Source: a virus
DNA: 64,000 nucleotides
Reading direction: 5' to 3' (one strand)
IMG/VR virus record: IMGVR_UViG_3300036792_000267
Location: 1 to 64,000 of that record
The position numbers were made by a program, and so were the translations under genes. The notes under the pieces are model-generated. The model saw only the letters and a list, made by a program, of their open reading frames with translations, made no database searches and was not told where the DNA came from. Shown piece by piece: positions 1 through 9,088 of the stretch (positions are counted from its first letter, which is position 1; each line of letters opens with the position of its first letter).

Positions 1-579
1 TGCGCTACGAGCGCTCGCTCATCGGGGACTACCGCCTCGGGCTGCACGTTGCGCAGCCGCCGTCGCTGGTCATCGTTACCGGGATCGGCTGAGTTCCTGC
101 GCGACCGCCGCCGGCTCCGCTAGCCTCGTGCCGCGGGCGCGGTTCATTCGCAGTGGCTGGCGCCCGCGACGGCGGGACGGGGACCAGTCGTTCATTAAAA
201 CGGACGCTCCCCCGGCTCCTGTCCCGCCAAAGGGGTAAAGGGCGCGCAGCCGGGTCCGGCCAGTGTGCGGACGCCCCCGGCTGCGCCAGGGCCCCTGCCC
301 GCGTCCCCAAGGGCGGGCAGGGGCCCTCTGCGCGCTCTAGCCTTGCCTTGTGGGCCCACGCGGGCTGTGGCAGTACGTCGGGCACACCGAACCCGGGACG
401 GGCCTCAGTTGACGTCGCTGCCGCGGCGCGCAGGTCCCTGGAAAATTGGCTTAGCGGCGATGTAACGATTTCGCCGTCAACAGCGGGTACTGATTCCGGA
501 TCACCCCCTGATTCTGCGGGCGACACCCCGTGGTCCGACCCCATGCAGTGGTCTGCTGGTGACGCAGAGTGGTAACGGA

Positions 580-665
580 GATAGCTTGAGGTGCTAGCTG
601 ATATCACCTGGACCCCTGAAAAGATATCAGCTAGCACCTTGTGATAGCTATCAGGGGGTGCTATC
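580..665. promoter_or_regulatory. Operator-like inverted repeats upstream of RHH gene
   Basis: 17-bp perfect IR AGGTGCTAGCTGATATC (589-605) / GATATCAGCTAGCACCT (623-639); palindrome TGATAGCTATCA (642-653). Confidence 0.6.
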
Positions 666-673
666 TTCTGGGT

Positions 674-964
674 GTGGGCAAGGGCGATTTCCTGCTCCGG
701 CTGGACCCGGAAGAACTCGAACGCGTGCACAAGGCTGCCGCGGACGAGGGCATCACCGCGTCCGACTACATCAGGGAGGGAATCGGCTTGAGGCACCAGC
801 AGGCGGGTATCCCCAGGCCAGAGACTCGCGAGAGTATCCTGGCGGAGGTCGCCGACGTTGCCTCCAAGCTGAAGGCGGGCTTCGTCCTGGTGCCGTCGGC
901 GGAGGCGGAATCCTCCGGGGGCCCGGACTCGTGGTCCGGGCTGATGGACCGGGAGGGGCCCTGA
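674..964 (+). CDS. Ribbon-helix-helix (CopG/Arc-like) DNA-binding protein
   Basis: FLLRLDPEELERVHKAAADEGITASDYIREGI fits the RHH beta-alpha-alpha pattern; start may be 641 or 674. Confidence 0.7.
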   Translation: MGKGDFLLRLDPEELERVHKAAADEGITASDYIREGIGLRHQQAGIPRPETRESILAEVADVASKLKAGFVLVPSAEAESSGGPDSWSGLMDREGP

Positions 965-1340
965 TGGACCGCCGGCTAGACCAATTTCGCTTCGCACGTA
1001 TTAAAAGCTTGTCTTTGCCCAAGGGTGAATATTACGCAAGTTCGCGTTGTTTTCCCTGGCTACCAGGCCGGCTGCCTGACACCAGCGGGGAGCTGCACGT
1101 CCCCGTCCCGGTCAACGTCCCCCGCCGACACCTAAGATCCGCGGGACCTGGGCACAGCCCCAGGTGCGCTGCGACGGTTGAGCCTTTGCGAACTCGGGTT
1201 CCTTCCGGCGTATGTGCCTCGGCGCAAGGGTCACCCGACCCGGCTCCTTCCTGTGCACCAGGGGAGCCGGCTCCGGCGTCTCGCCGTAGGGGTCCCTGCC
1301 GGGCAGGCAGCCTACATACTTCGATCAACAGGAGGCACCC

Positions 1341-1610
1341 GTGGCCAGCCGCGTGAGCCCCGGGCAGTCGCTGCTGACGGCCCTGGCCGGCCTGACCGCC
1401 TACGAGGCCGGCGCGTACCCGGGTGACCTGCTGGACACCCGGGCGGAGAAGCCGGAGGAGGCGGAGCAGCTGAGGACCGCCGCCGACGCCTTCGCCGCGG
1501 CGCTGGCCGTGGCCAGCCGGCTGGCGGAGGAGGTGCGCCGGCTCGGGGGCGACCCCGACGCGCTCCGGCTGCGCATCTACGACAAGGCCAGTGAACTCGC
1601 CTACTCCTAA
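1341..1610 (+). CDS. Hypothetical protein
   Basis: AGGAGG RBS, GC3-rich codons. Confidence 0.7.
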   Translation: MASRVSPGQSLLTALAGLTAYEAGAYPGDLLDTRAEKPEEAEQLRTAADAFAAALAVASRLAEEVRRLGGDPDALRLRIYDKASELAYS

Positions 1611-1614
1611 CTTA

Positions 1615-1644
1615 CTTGACTTGAGTTAACCGCCCCGCTACGCT
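1615..1644 (+). promoter_or_regulatory. SigA-type promoter with overlapping operator
   Basis: TTGACT-17-TACGCT; CTTGAC-TTGA-GTTAAC. Confidence 0.65.
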
Positions 1645-1700
1645 GAGACTAGCTAGCGGGGCTTAACCTTTTCCCCGGAACCTAAGCGAAGGGCAGGCAC

Positions 1701-2120
1701 ATGGGACCTGGAAACGACAAGTACGCAGCCGACTGCGGCTCTCCGCCGGCGGAGGCTCCCGGCAGCCTGCTCGGTACCATGCGGAAGGGCATCGCGTCGG
1801 ACCGGCTCGGCCTGAGCTTGTCCGGTCCCCCGATGGTGGACGTCCGGGCAGAGCCGGACCGCGACTACGCGGACGACACCGACCTCATCTACATGCGCGG
1901 GGGTGTCGATTTCCGCACCCGGTTCACCCCGGCTGACGTCGTGAACGTCATCGCCGCGCTCAGCGGTGCGATGCCGACCGCCGGCGAGGTCGTGGCTGGC
2001 TTTCTGAACGAGCGGCTGGAAAAGGCACGGCGGGACGAGAAGCTGGCGTTCGGCGAGATCGGCCCTGGCCCGGAGGTCCGTGCCCTGCAGCGCGTCATCG
2101 CCATGCTGGAGGAGAAGTGA
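1701..2120 (+). CDS. Hypothetical protein
   Basis: Downstream of promoter, coupled to next ORF. Confidence 0.7.
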   Translation: MGPGNDKYAADCGSPPAEAPGSLLGTMRKGIASDRLGLSLSGPPMVDVRAEPDRDYADDTDLIYMRGGVDFRTRFTPADVVNVIAALSGAMPTAGEVVAGFLNERLEKARRDEKLAFGEIGPGPEVRALQRVIAMLEEK

Positions 2121-2797
2121 CGGCGCTGCTCGTTACCGTCGCCGTGGTGCTGGCAGCCGGCTCCCTGACGCTGCTGTTTCACCCGCTGGCGCGGTTCCTG
2201 AAGGCTTCGGAGGTGCCGGCGGCGCTGCTCATCGCGTGCTCGGGCCGGCCTAACCGCCGCCGCCTGCTGTTCGTGCTGCGCTCGCGCCGCGAGGCCTACC
2301 TCGATGACATCGCCGGCCTGCCGCCCGAGTACCTGCGGGTGGTCCTGGCCTGGCAGTGGGCGGTGGCCCGGTTCACTGCCCTGGTGCTCCGCTGCCGTCG
2401 TCGGCTTCGCTTCGCCTGGCGGAATGGCCCGCTGGTCGTTCCGCCGAAGGAGAAGAAGCTGGCCGGGGGGATGGCGGAGTTTGAGCGGGTGGTGGCGGCT
2501 AACGAGGCTGCGGTACGGGAGGCGGGCTGTACCGTTGCGGAGCTGTCCGAGGCCGTCAGCCAGGTAGGCCGGCACGTCGAGAAGCTGTCCTGCAGCGCTT
2601 CGGCGCGCGGCATCGGCGCTAGCCTCATCGCGGCGGGCTCCGTCACCGCCGCCCAGGTCCAGGCGGGCGACGTCACCCTCTTTCCCGCTGCCCGCAACCC
2701 GTGGGCTGCCCAGGTGAACGCCGAGCTGGCTGTGCGCAGGGCTGACGAGGCCGTGTACCAGGCGAACGCCGCGAAGGACCGGAGGGACGCCCGGTGA
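2117..2797 (+). CDS. Hypothetical protein with N-terminal membrane anchor
   Basis: GTGA overlap; hydrophobic N-terminus. Confidence 0.65.
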   Translation: MTALLVTVAVVLAAGSLTLLFHPLARFLKASEVPAALLIACSGRPNRRRLLFVLRSRREAYLDDIAGLPPEYLRVVLAWQWAVARFTALVLRCRRRLRFAWRNGPLVVPPKEKKLAGGMAEFERVVAANEAAVREAGCTVAELSEAVSQVGRHVEKLSCSASARGIGASLIAAGSVTAAQVQAGDVTLFPAARNPWAAQVNAELAVRRADEAVYQANAAKDRRDAR

Positions 2798-3120
2798 GCG
2801 GGACCACTGAGCGCACGGTCGATGGCGTGACGGCCGACCTGCTGCGGCTCGCCCTCGCCGGCATCATCACCCCGGCCCTGCGGGAGAACACCGAAAAGCA
2901 GGTGCGCGAGCTGGCGGACGAGGCGTGCCGGCTGGTGCGCGAGGACGAGAGGGCCAGGAACCGCAAGTCGCTGGCCGCCGCCTGGTCGGCGTGGCTGGAC
3001 CTGGTGATGTCGGTGAGCCTGCCCTCGGCCGGCGGCAAGAGTCTGCTGCAGGACGTCCTTGACCTGGAGCCCGAGCTGCGAGAGCGGTTTGAGGCCGCGT
3101 TCCTGGGAGGCGGGCGGTGA
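2794..3120 (+). CDS. Hypothetical protein
   Basis: GTGA overlaps at both ends. Confidence 0.7.
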   Translation: MSGTTERTVDGVTADLLRLALAGIITPALRENTEKQVRELADEACRLVREDERARNRKSLAAAWSAWLDLVMSVSLPSAGGKSLLQDVLDLEPELRERFEAAFLGGGR

Positions 3121-3464
3121 GCATTTTCACGGTTGTGCGCCACGGTAGCGGCAGGATCGTGCTGGAGACCGACGACTGGGTGGACGCCCAGGCGGCGGCC
3201 ATCGCGTCGACTGGCCGCAACCTGCGGGACGACGACTGGCTCTCGGTGCGCGGCACCCACCCCACCCACGAGTGGGGCCCTCCTCACCCTGACCAGGGCG
3301 ATGCCGCGCCGCACGCCCGCCGCTGCGTTAAGTGCGGCGGCTGGGATAACGGCAGCTACGGCTCCCAGGCCCCGTGCGGCTACGACTTCGACGGCCCCGG
3401 CGGCTCTTCCCTGGTGGCGGCAGTCGAGCGGGAGCTGGCCGCGAGGGAGGCAGCTGGTGGCTGA
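3117..3464 (+). CDS. Hypothetical protein (CxxC)
   Basis: Coupled ORF. Confidence 0.65.
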   Translation: MSIFTVVRHGSGRIVLETDDWVDAQAAAIASTGRNLRDDDWLSVRGTHPTHEWGPPHPDQGDAAPHARRCVKCGGWDNGSYGSQAPCGYDFDGPGGSSLVAAVERELAAREAAGG

Positions 3465-3693
3465 GTACCAGTTCACCGTCCGGCTGAACCGCGAGGTTAC
3501 CGAGGCCGAGGTAGACCTGCTGTACGAGGTCGGCCTGAGTGACGCGGGGATCGAGACAGGCCCGGCCGGCGCGCTGCTCGACGTCACCCGCGAGGCTCCC
3601 TCGCCTGCTGACGCTGTTGAGTCGGTGTGCGCCGACGTGGCGAAGGTGGCGGGCCTGCGCGTCCGCTCAGTCAGCGAGGTGACCCGTGCCTGA
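3457..3693 (+). CDS. Hypothetical protein
   Basis: GGAGG RBS then GTG; AEYQFTVRLNREVTEAEVDLLYEVG. Confidence 0.65.
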   Translation: MAEYQFTVRLNREVTEAEVDLLYEVGLSDAGIETGPAGALLDVTREAPSPADAVESVCADVAKVAGLRVRSVSEVTRA

Positions 3694-4012
3694 CGGCATG
3701 TTCCTGCGGTTCGAGGACCCGTACGGGGGCGGCAAGAGGTACGCGGAGCTGCCGGCCGGCGAGTACGGCTACAGCGACGCCCAGGGCCTGTACGAGTGGC
3801 GGCGGGTGCCGTACGACTACCCGCCGGGCTCGGTACTGCCCGGCCCTGGCACCATGCTGGTGCGGATCGACTACAGCGGCGGGGACCGGCAGGCTAGCGA
3901 CCGCAACGGCCTGTGGACTCACGGCGGCTCGGCCAGTGTCCAGGCCCGGGATGCCGGCTGGCCGGCGGAACTCGGCCTCCAGGCGGCCCTTGACCCGGCG
4001 AGGCTGAACTGA
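3686..4012 (+). CDS. Hypothetical protein
   Basis: GAGG RBS, TGATG junction with next gene. Confidence 0.65.
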   Translation: MPDGMFLRFEDPYGGGKRYAELPAGEYGYSDAQGLYEWRRVPYDYPPGSVLPGPGTMLVRIDYSGGDRQASDRNGLWTHGGSASVQARDAGWPAELGLQAALDPARLN

Positions 4013-4329
4013 TGGCCGTTAAGCTGCTCGCCGGCTTCACCCACGTCAACCGGGGTACAGCCGACTACAAGGGGGTACTGCGCGCCACGCCCAAGTCGGC
4101 GCCCGCCTGGACCTGCACCCACAACCACCTGTCGGCCGAGGCAGCCCGCCGGTGCGCCGACTTCGAGCTGGAAAGCCGCAAGCAGGGCAGCCGCGAGGTC
4201 ATCTCCCTGCGCTGGTGCGAGCCGTGCGGCCGATGGTGGCCGGACGGCGACGCTCCGGCCTGCCCGGTGTGCTCGGTGCCCATGGAGAGGGTGAAACTCG
4301 TTGTACTGGAGCGAACCCGGATGCCTTGA
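4012..4329 (+). CDS. Hypothetical zinc-binding protein
   Basis: CxHxH plus two CxxC motifs. Confidence 0.65.
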   Translation: MAVKLLAGFTHVNRGTADYKGVLRATPKSAPAWTCTHNHLSAEAARRCADFELESRKQGSREVISLRWCEPCGRWWPDGDAPACPVCSVPMERVKLVVLERTRMP

Positions 4330-4363
4330 CCGAGGCAACGGGAAACACTAGACTCCAGTCAAG
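4325..4363 (+). promoter_or_regulatory. SigA-type promoter with operator
   Basis: TTGACC-17-TAGACT; CTAGAC-TCCA-GTCAAG at 4348-4363. Confidence 0.65.
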
Positions 4364-4379
4364 AAAATAGGAGGTTGCC

Positions 4380-4688
4380 TTGAGCAACGACACCGCTGTC
4401 GCGGAGACGGACGGGCGCAGCCGCCCGGAGCCGCCGCACGAGGCACCGCCCGGCCAGCACTGGACGGCGGTCCGTGCGGACCGCAAGTGGGCCCCGGCCG
4501 AGCCCGGCAAGAACTGCCGTTACCGCGGCACGTCCGAGCACGCCTGCGGCGGGCCTGCCGTGGTCGTCGTCACGCGCGGCATCAGCCGGCCCATCCCGTG
4601 GAACTACTGCGCGAGGGACGCCCTGGAGCAGTACGGGGTGTGGCTGGAAGACGGGAAGGTCATGACGTGGGAACTGAAGGACGACTGA
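4380..4688 (+). CDS. Hypothetical protein
   Basis: AGGAGG RBS, TTG start. Confidence 0.65.
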   Translation: MSNDTAVAETDGRSRPEPPHEAPPGQHWTAVRADRKWAPAEPGKNCRYRGTSEHACGGPAVVVVTRGISRPIPWNYCARDALEQYGVWLEDGKVMTWELKDD

Positions 4689-5020
4689 CCGCCCGGCTGC
4701 GCGCCGACGGCGAGGGATTCCGCGAGGAAGCGGGGCACCTGGACCCTGAGCCGTTCATCGGCCGGGTGCTCGAAGTGCTGCCGGAGGTTGTGGTTGAGGA
4801 CTTCGGCGACCCGTACATGCGGCCAGAGGCGCTGCGTACTCCTGAAGCCTGGCGGGAGTGGCTGTGCGAGTACACCGGCAACATGGCGTGGGCCGGCGAT
4901 GAGCAGGCGCCGGAGACCAACTTCATGCGCCGCGCCAGGCCGGGCGACACTACGAACGGCTACACCAAGACGGACCGGACCTGCAATGGCCTGGCAGTAT
5001 GGGAGAAGGTGGCCCGGTGA
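4685..5020 (+). CDS. Hypothetical protein (start uncertain)
   Basis: Coding-like frame filling the gap between coupled genes. Confidence 0.55.
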   Translation: MTARLRADGEGFREEAGHLDPEPFIGRVLEVLPEVVVEDFGDPYMRPEALRTPEAWREWLCEYTGNMAWAGDEQAPETNFMRRARPGDTTNGYTKTDRTCNGLAVWEKVAR

Positions 5021-5616
5021 ACCTGGAAACCCTGGAAATCGGCGCCGAAGAGGCGCGCGAGAAGCTGGACGAGTACTCGCGTGTCCTGCAGGGCGAGCGC
5101 ACGGCTGAGGACGAGGCCATCGCCGCCGGCTACCGCGCCGCGGCGCACGGGCTGCCGGTCATCAGCCTGCCCCGCACCATCGCGGCAGGCGGGTTTCACG
5201 GTAACAGCCTGCCCCGGCTGGCGGTTATCGGCGCGGAGGCGACGGCGTGCTACGCCCGGTGGGACGGCCGGTCCCTGGTTTACGCCGACCGCGACGACCG
5301 GATGGCTAACCGCGGGGCCCTGGTGGGCGCGCACTCGGTGCGGGTTCCCCTCGCTCCTGACGACCTGCCCGGCGACTTCCGCAGGCAGTGGCAGGCCGGC
5401 GTCTCGATGGTCCCGCTCATCCCGCCGCGCCTGCGCCCCGGGCCGCGCCGCCTGCGGCACTGCCACATCCTGTGGGAGGTGGACGAGTGGAAGTGGGTGC
5501 CCGCGTGCGACCCGGCGCTGCTGCGCCACATCCGCGGCGACCTGTGGGCGGTGCTGGCCACCTGGGACCTGACCGACCTGGAGCGCATGGTCCTCACCCA
5601 GCGGAGGCTCGGCTAG
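5017..5616 (+). CDS. Hypothetical phage protein
   Basis: HILWEVDEW..DPALLRHIRGDLWAVLATWDLT pattern; coupled start. Confidence 0.7.
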   Translation: MNLETLEIGAEEAREKLDEYSRVLQGERTAEDEAIAAGYRAAAHGLPVISLPRTIAAGGFHGNSLPRLAVIGAEATACYARWDGRSLVYADRDDRMANRGALVGAHSVRVPLAPDDLPGDFRRQWQAGVSMVPLIPPRLRPGPRRLRHCHILWEVDEWKWVPACDPALLRHIRGDLWAVLATWDLTDLERMVLTQRRLG

Positions 5617-5873
5617 TGAGCGCGTTTGCACCCGTCGTCTTGCCTGCTGACGTCGTGCAGGCTGCAGCCGAGCGGGCGAATACGGAGAACAGGTCGCTGG
5701 TTGATGTCGCCACTACGCTGCTGCGTGAGTACGCAGCCGGGAAGTCGTGGGTTAACTTGCCCGGTTCTTCGGGTGGCCTCGAAGAGGCGATGCGTGACTC
5801 TGGACTCATGGGCCAGATCGAGGAAAGTCGTGCGCACCCAGAGCGCATGGTCCCGTTGGACCTGGATGACTGA
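5616..5873 (+). CDS. Small RHH/antitoxin-like protein
   Basis: VVLPADVVQAAAERANTENRSLVDVATTLLREY. Confidence 0.5.
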   Translation: MSAFAPVVLPADVVQAAAERANTENRSLVDVATTLLREYAAGKSWVNLPGSSGGLEEAMRDSGLMGQIEESRAHPERMVPLDLDD

Positions 5874-6279
5874 GCCGCTGCCCCGCCGTTATAGCCGCCT
5901 GTGGCTGCCTGCCCTGGGGGACCTGGTGGAGTCTTCGCTGCTGGTGTTCCGCCACGGGGTTGCCGGCCCCCGCGGGAAAGCCCGGCTGCGGGCCTGGCAG
6001 GCTGGCGACGGGCATTTCGCCCTGCTGGCTGACAGCGGGCGCGGACTGGACGTCACCGATGCCCAGCCGGGGATGCGCAAGATGCTCGCCGGCCGGTTCG
6101 GCGAGCCGCTGGCCCTGGCCGAGCACTGGCGCGACGGGCGCGTCTACCTGGTGCTCCCGCCGTTCCCCGGCCAGGAGACCGAGCGGCTGCTGCTGAACCC
6201 GGCCAGCCCGGATGACATCCTGCACGACTACGTGGCCGCCTGGTGGGCCGCGCACGGGGATATCATCCTCGCCTTCTGA
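5866..6279 (+). CDS. Hypothetical protein
   Basis: Coupled ORF, GC3 bias. Confidence 0.6.
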   Translation: MTEPLPRRYSRLWLPALGDLVESSLLVFRHGVAGPRGKARLRAWQAGDGHFALLADSGRGLDVTDAQPGMRKMLAGRFGEPLALAEHWRDGRVYLVLPPFPGQETERLLLNPASPDDILHDYVAAWWAAHGDIILAF

Positions 6280-6283
6280 CTGG

Positions 6284-6322
6284 CTTGACATGAGTTAAGC
6301 AACTCCCTAGACTCGGGTTAAG
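6284..6322 (+). promoter_or_regulatory. SigA-type promoter with two operators
   Basis: TTGACA-17-TAGACT; CTTGAC-ATGA-GTTAAG and CTAGAC-TCGG-GTTAAG. Confidence 0.75.
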
Positions 6323-6383
6323 TAGGCAACCGAGTACAGGGGAGAGGCACACTCATGGCGGACAACCAGGCCCGGCGGCAGCC

Positions 6384-8096
6384 GTGACCAGCCTGATGCA
6401 GAAGATGGTCCTTCCCGGCGGCGGGCTCGACCCCGGGAACCCCGGCGCGGCCGGCAGTGGCCAGCTGGGCGTCATCGACAACGCGCTGACCTCCTCCGTG
6501 GCCTCGGCCGGGCGCACCCTGGCCGCCAACGGGGGCGGCTACGCCGTAGCCGTTGGCGCCGGCCTGGGCGTGTGCGCCGCGGCCAGCATCAACCCCATGT
6601 TCGACCTGATGGTGGTGGGCGCGTGCAGCTACCACGTCGGCCAGCGCGTCTTCGACAACCTCACCTGGATGTCGTCGGGCGGCTGGCTCGCCCAGCGCCG
6701 GCGCAGGAAGTACCAGGGCGAGGCCAACCCTATCGAGGTCGCCCAGACGCTGTCGCCCGCGTTCGCGGCGAAGAAGATGCAGCGGCTGGCCCCTGACCTG
6801 CCCGCCGTGCTGTCTTTCCTGCCCCTGGGTGTGACCGTGCACCGGCCGCACCAGCAGGTGGCCATCTCCCGGGCGGAGTCGGTCGCCGTGTTCGGCGTGC
6901 CGCAGTCCCTGAAGACCGCGCTCATCTCCGGCTGGATTCTGGAGGCCCCCGGCCCCGTGCTCGCCACCTCCTCCCGCGCCGACCAGTGGCGGCACACCGT
7001 CACCGAGCGCGAGAAGATGGGCGAGGTGCTGGTGCTGGACGCTGACGGCTACGGCCCCGGCACCAACTTCGCGTGGTCGCCGGTGGCGGGCTGCGAGGAC
7101 TCCGAGGTGGCCCTGCGCCGGGCCGGGGCGCTCATGGACGCCTCGCCGCGGGACCCTGGCGGCAAGGACAAGTGGCACGAGGCACGCGGTGTGGTCTTGC
7201 TGAGCCGCGCGCTGCACGCCGCGGCCCTCGACGGCGGGAACATGTACGACGTGCGCGCCTGGTGCCGCAACCCGGAGGACGAGGCTTTCCTCAAGGTCTT
7301 GCACGGCGGCGGGGCTGCACTGGACTGGGCCGAGGAAATCGAGGGGTACGCCGCGGAGGGGGGAGACTTCCTCAGCTCCGCTACTTCTAGTGCCCTCGCC
7401 GCGCTCGGCTGGATGGACAGCCGTCAGCTGGCGGTGGCGGCCTGCCCGCCCCTTGGCACGGGGCTCGACATCGGGAAGTTCCTGGCGGTCGGCAACGGGA
7501 CCGTTTACCTTATCGGGGCCGAGCGGCCCTACGGTTCGCTCACCCCGTACTTCAGCGCGTTCGTCTCCGAGTTCATGGAGCAGGCCCGCATCCTGGCCGA
7601 GCGCCAGGGCGGTCGGCTGAAGACGCCGATGCTGCTTGCCCTGGACGAGGCCGCGACCACGGCGAAGGTCGACCTCAAGCGGTGGCTCGCCGTCACCGCC
7701 GGCTACAACATCACGGTCGTGACCGGCTTCCAGGCCGTGCAGCAGATCGAGGAGGGCTGGGGCGGCCCCGCCGCGGCTGAGGTCATCCTCGAAATGCTGT
7801 CCACCAAGGTCATCGCGGGCGGCTTCACGTCCACGGCCACCCTGGAGCGGCTGTCCACCATCTGCGGGCACCGCGACACCTGGCGGCGCGAGGGCAGCGT
7901 CAAGGTCCGTGACAAGGAGCTGGTTTTCCCGCCTGAGCGGCTGCGCCAGCTGAAGCAGTTCCGCGCGCTGGTCCTCCAGCGCAACTGCAAGCCGGTGGAA
8001 GTCCGCATCCAGCCTGTCTGGGAGCACCCTGCTCACCAGGAAGTCCGCATCACCGATGCCCCGGAGCCGGAGGCCCCGGAGCCTACCCAGGAGTAA
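6384..8096 (+). CDS. VirD4/TraG/TraD-family conjugative coupling ATPase
   Basis: SVAVFGVPQSLKT (Walker A-like), APGPVLATSSRAD, LLALDEA (Walker B), GFQAVQQIEEGWG...STKVIAGG typical of actinobacterial TraD/G. Confidence 0.75.
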   Translation: MTSLMQKMVLPGGGLDPGNPGAAGSGQLGVIDNALTSSVASAGRTLAANGGGYAVAVGAGLGVCAAASINPMFDLMVVGACSYHVGQRVFDNLTWMSSGGWLAQRRRRKYQGEANPIEVAQTLSPAFAAKKMQRLAPDLPAVLSFLPLGVTVHRPHQQVAISRAESVAVFGVPQSLKTALISGWILEAPGPVLATSSRADQWRHTVTEREKMGEVLVLDADGYGPGTNFAWSPVAGCEDSEVALRRAGALMDASPRDPGGKDKWHEARGVVLLSRALHAAALDGGNMYDVRAWCRNPEDEAFLKVLHGGGAALDWAEEIEGYAAEGGDFLSSATSSALAALGWMDSRQLAVAACPPLGTGLDIGKFLAVGNGTVYLIGAERPYGSLTPYFSAFVSEFMEQARILAERQGGRLKTPMLLALDEAATTAKVDLKRWLAVTAGYNITVVTGFQAVQQIEEGWGGPAAAEVILEMLSTKVIAGGFTSTATLERLSTICGHRDTWRREGSVKVRDKELVFPPERLRQLKQFRALVLQRNCKPVEVRIQPVWEHPAHQEVRITDAPEPEAPEPTQE

Positions 8097-8099
8097 CTT

Positions 8100-8750
8100 T
8101 TGGCTACTTTCGGACAGCCTCACCCGCACCGGCGCAAGCTGCCGCGCCATGCGCGGCATGTCATCAGGCAGATGCTCAAGCTCCGCGTCGCCATGCGGGC
8201 CGGAGTCCTGCAGACGCACGCCAAGCAGCTCGACAGTGCCGTCAACCTGCGCGAGTACCCGGACCGGGTGCACCCTGACCATGACCGGCACGCCCCCGGC
8301 GTCCGCGTCATCGTCGGCCCGGAGACGCGCAGCCTGCTGCGTCAGCTGCGCGACTCCCGCGATCTGCGCACCCAGCAGCAACTGGTCAGGGAGATCATCC
8401 ACCAGATCCAGAAGCGCGTGCTCAGTGCACTCAAGCGCGCCGCGCGCGCGGAGAAGGCCCGGAGGGCTGCGGAGAAGGCTCGCGAGCGGGCCGGCAGGCT
8501 CGCGGACCGCGTGCGCCGCTCGCGCCTGTGGCCCTGGCTGCGCGCCCTGCCCGGCCGGGCTAAGAAGCTGGCCGGCGGCCGGACCGTCCGCGTGGTCGGC
8601 AACCGGACCTCCGCCCCGCGCACCCGGACTGCGGCTCCCGCGCGTACCCGCGCGAAGGCGCCGGCTCCCGCGCGTCCCCGGGCGAAGGCGTCAGCGCCCG
8701 AGCGCACCCGGACCGCAGCTCCCGCGCGTCCCCGGGCGCCGAGGAAGTGA
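8100..8750 (+). CDS. Highly basic protein with Arg/Ala/Pro repeat tail
   Basis: C-terminal RTRTAAPAR(T/P)RA repeats. Confidence 0.6.
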   Translation: MATFGQPHPHRRKLPRHARHVIRQMLKLRVAMRAGVLQTHAKQLDSAVNLREYPDRVHPDHDRHAPGVRVIVGPETRSLLRQLRDSRDLRTQQQLVREIIHQIQKRVLSALKRAARAEKARRAAEKARERAGRLADRVRRSRLWPWLRALPGRAKKLAGGRTVRVVGNRTSAPRTRTAAPARTRAKAPAPARPRAKASAPERTRTAAPARPRAPRK

Positions 8751-8752
8751 TA

Positions 8753-8782
8753 TTGACGATCATTTCGCGGAGGGTCTAACCT
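8753..8782 (+). promoter_or_regulatory. SigA-type promoter
   Basis: TTGACG-18-TAACCT. Confidence 0.55.
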
Positions 8783-8789
8783 CGGCGAA

Positions 8790-9030
8790 GAGCCCGAGAG
8801 GCCCAGTCCGCACCCGGCGCGTTTGACCGGCGGGGGACAGGTGCCCTCCCGGCCTCGCCTCCGCTCGGCAGGAGGCAACTATGAGGCCAGTCGCAGCCCT
8901 TTCGGCAGGGCACCGGCTGGCCTCAGTCGTCCGCCGGTCCGCGCCCGACCGGAATCCCCGGGCTGAGATTGAAAGGCACCCGGTTCCGCGCCGTGCTGGT
9001 GAGGCTGGCGGGAATGGAACCGGGTGCCTG
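8790..9030 (+). ncRNA. Candidate structured ncRNA or leader
   Basis: Nested stems 8791-96/8959-64, 8825-33/8931-39, 8882-93/8914-25, then 14-bp hairpin 8974-87/9016-29. Confidence 0.45.
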
Positions 9031-9088
9031 TCATGTCGATGTGAGCGCCCCGCACCTTGGCGCGCTGTAAATCGCATGCGAGTCCAGT

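Noticed and set aside
29-640. ORFs in the first 640 bp
   Set aside because: Low-complexity Pro/Arg/Ala translations with no coding signal; probably noncoding.
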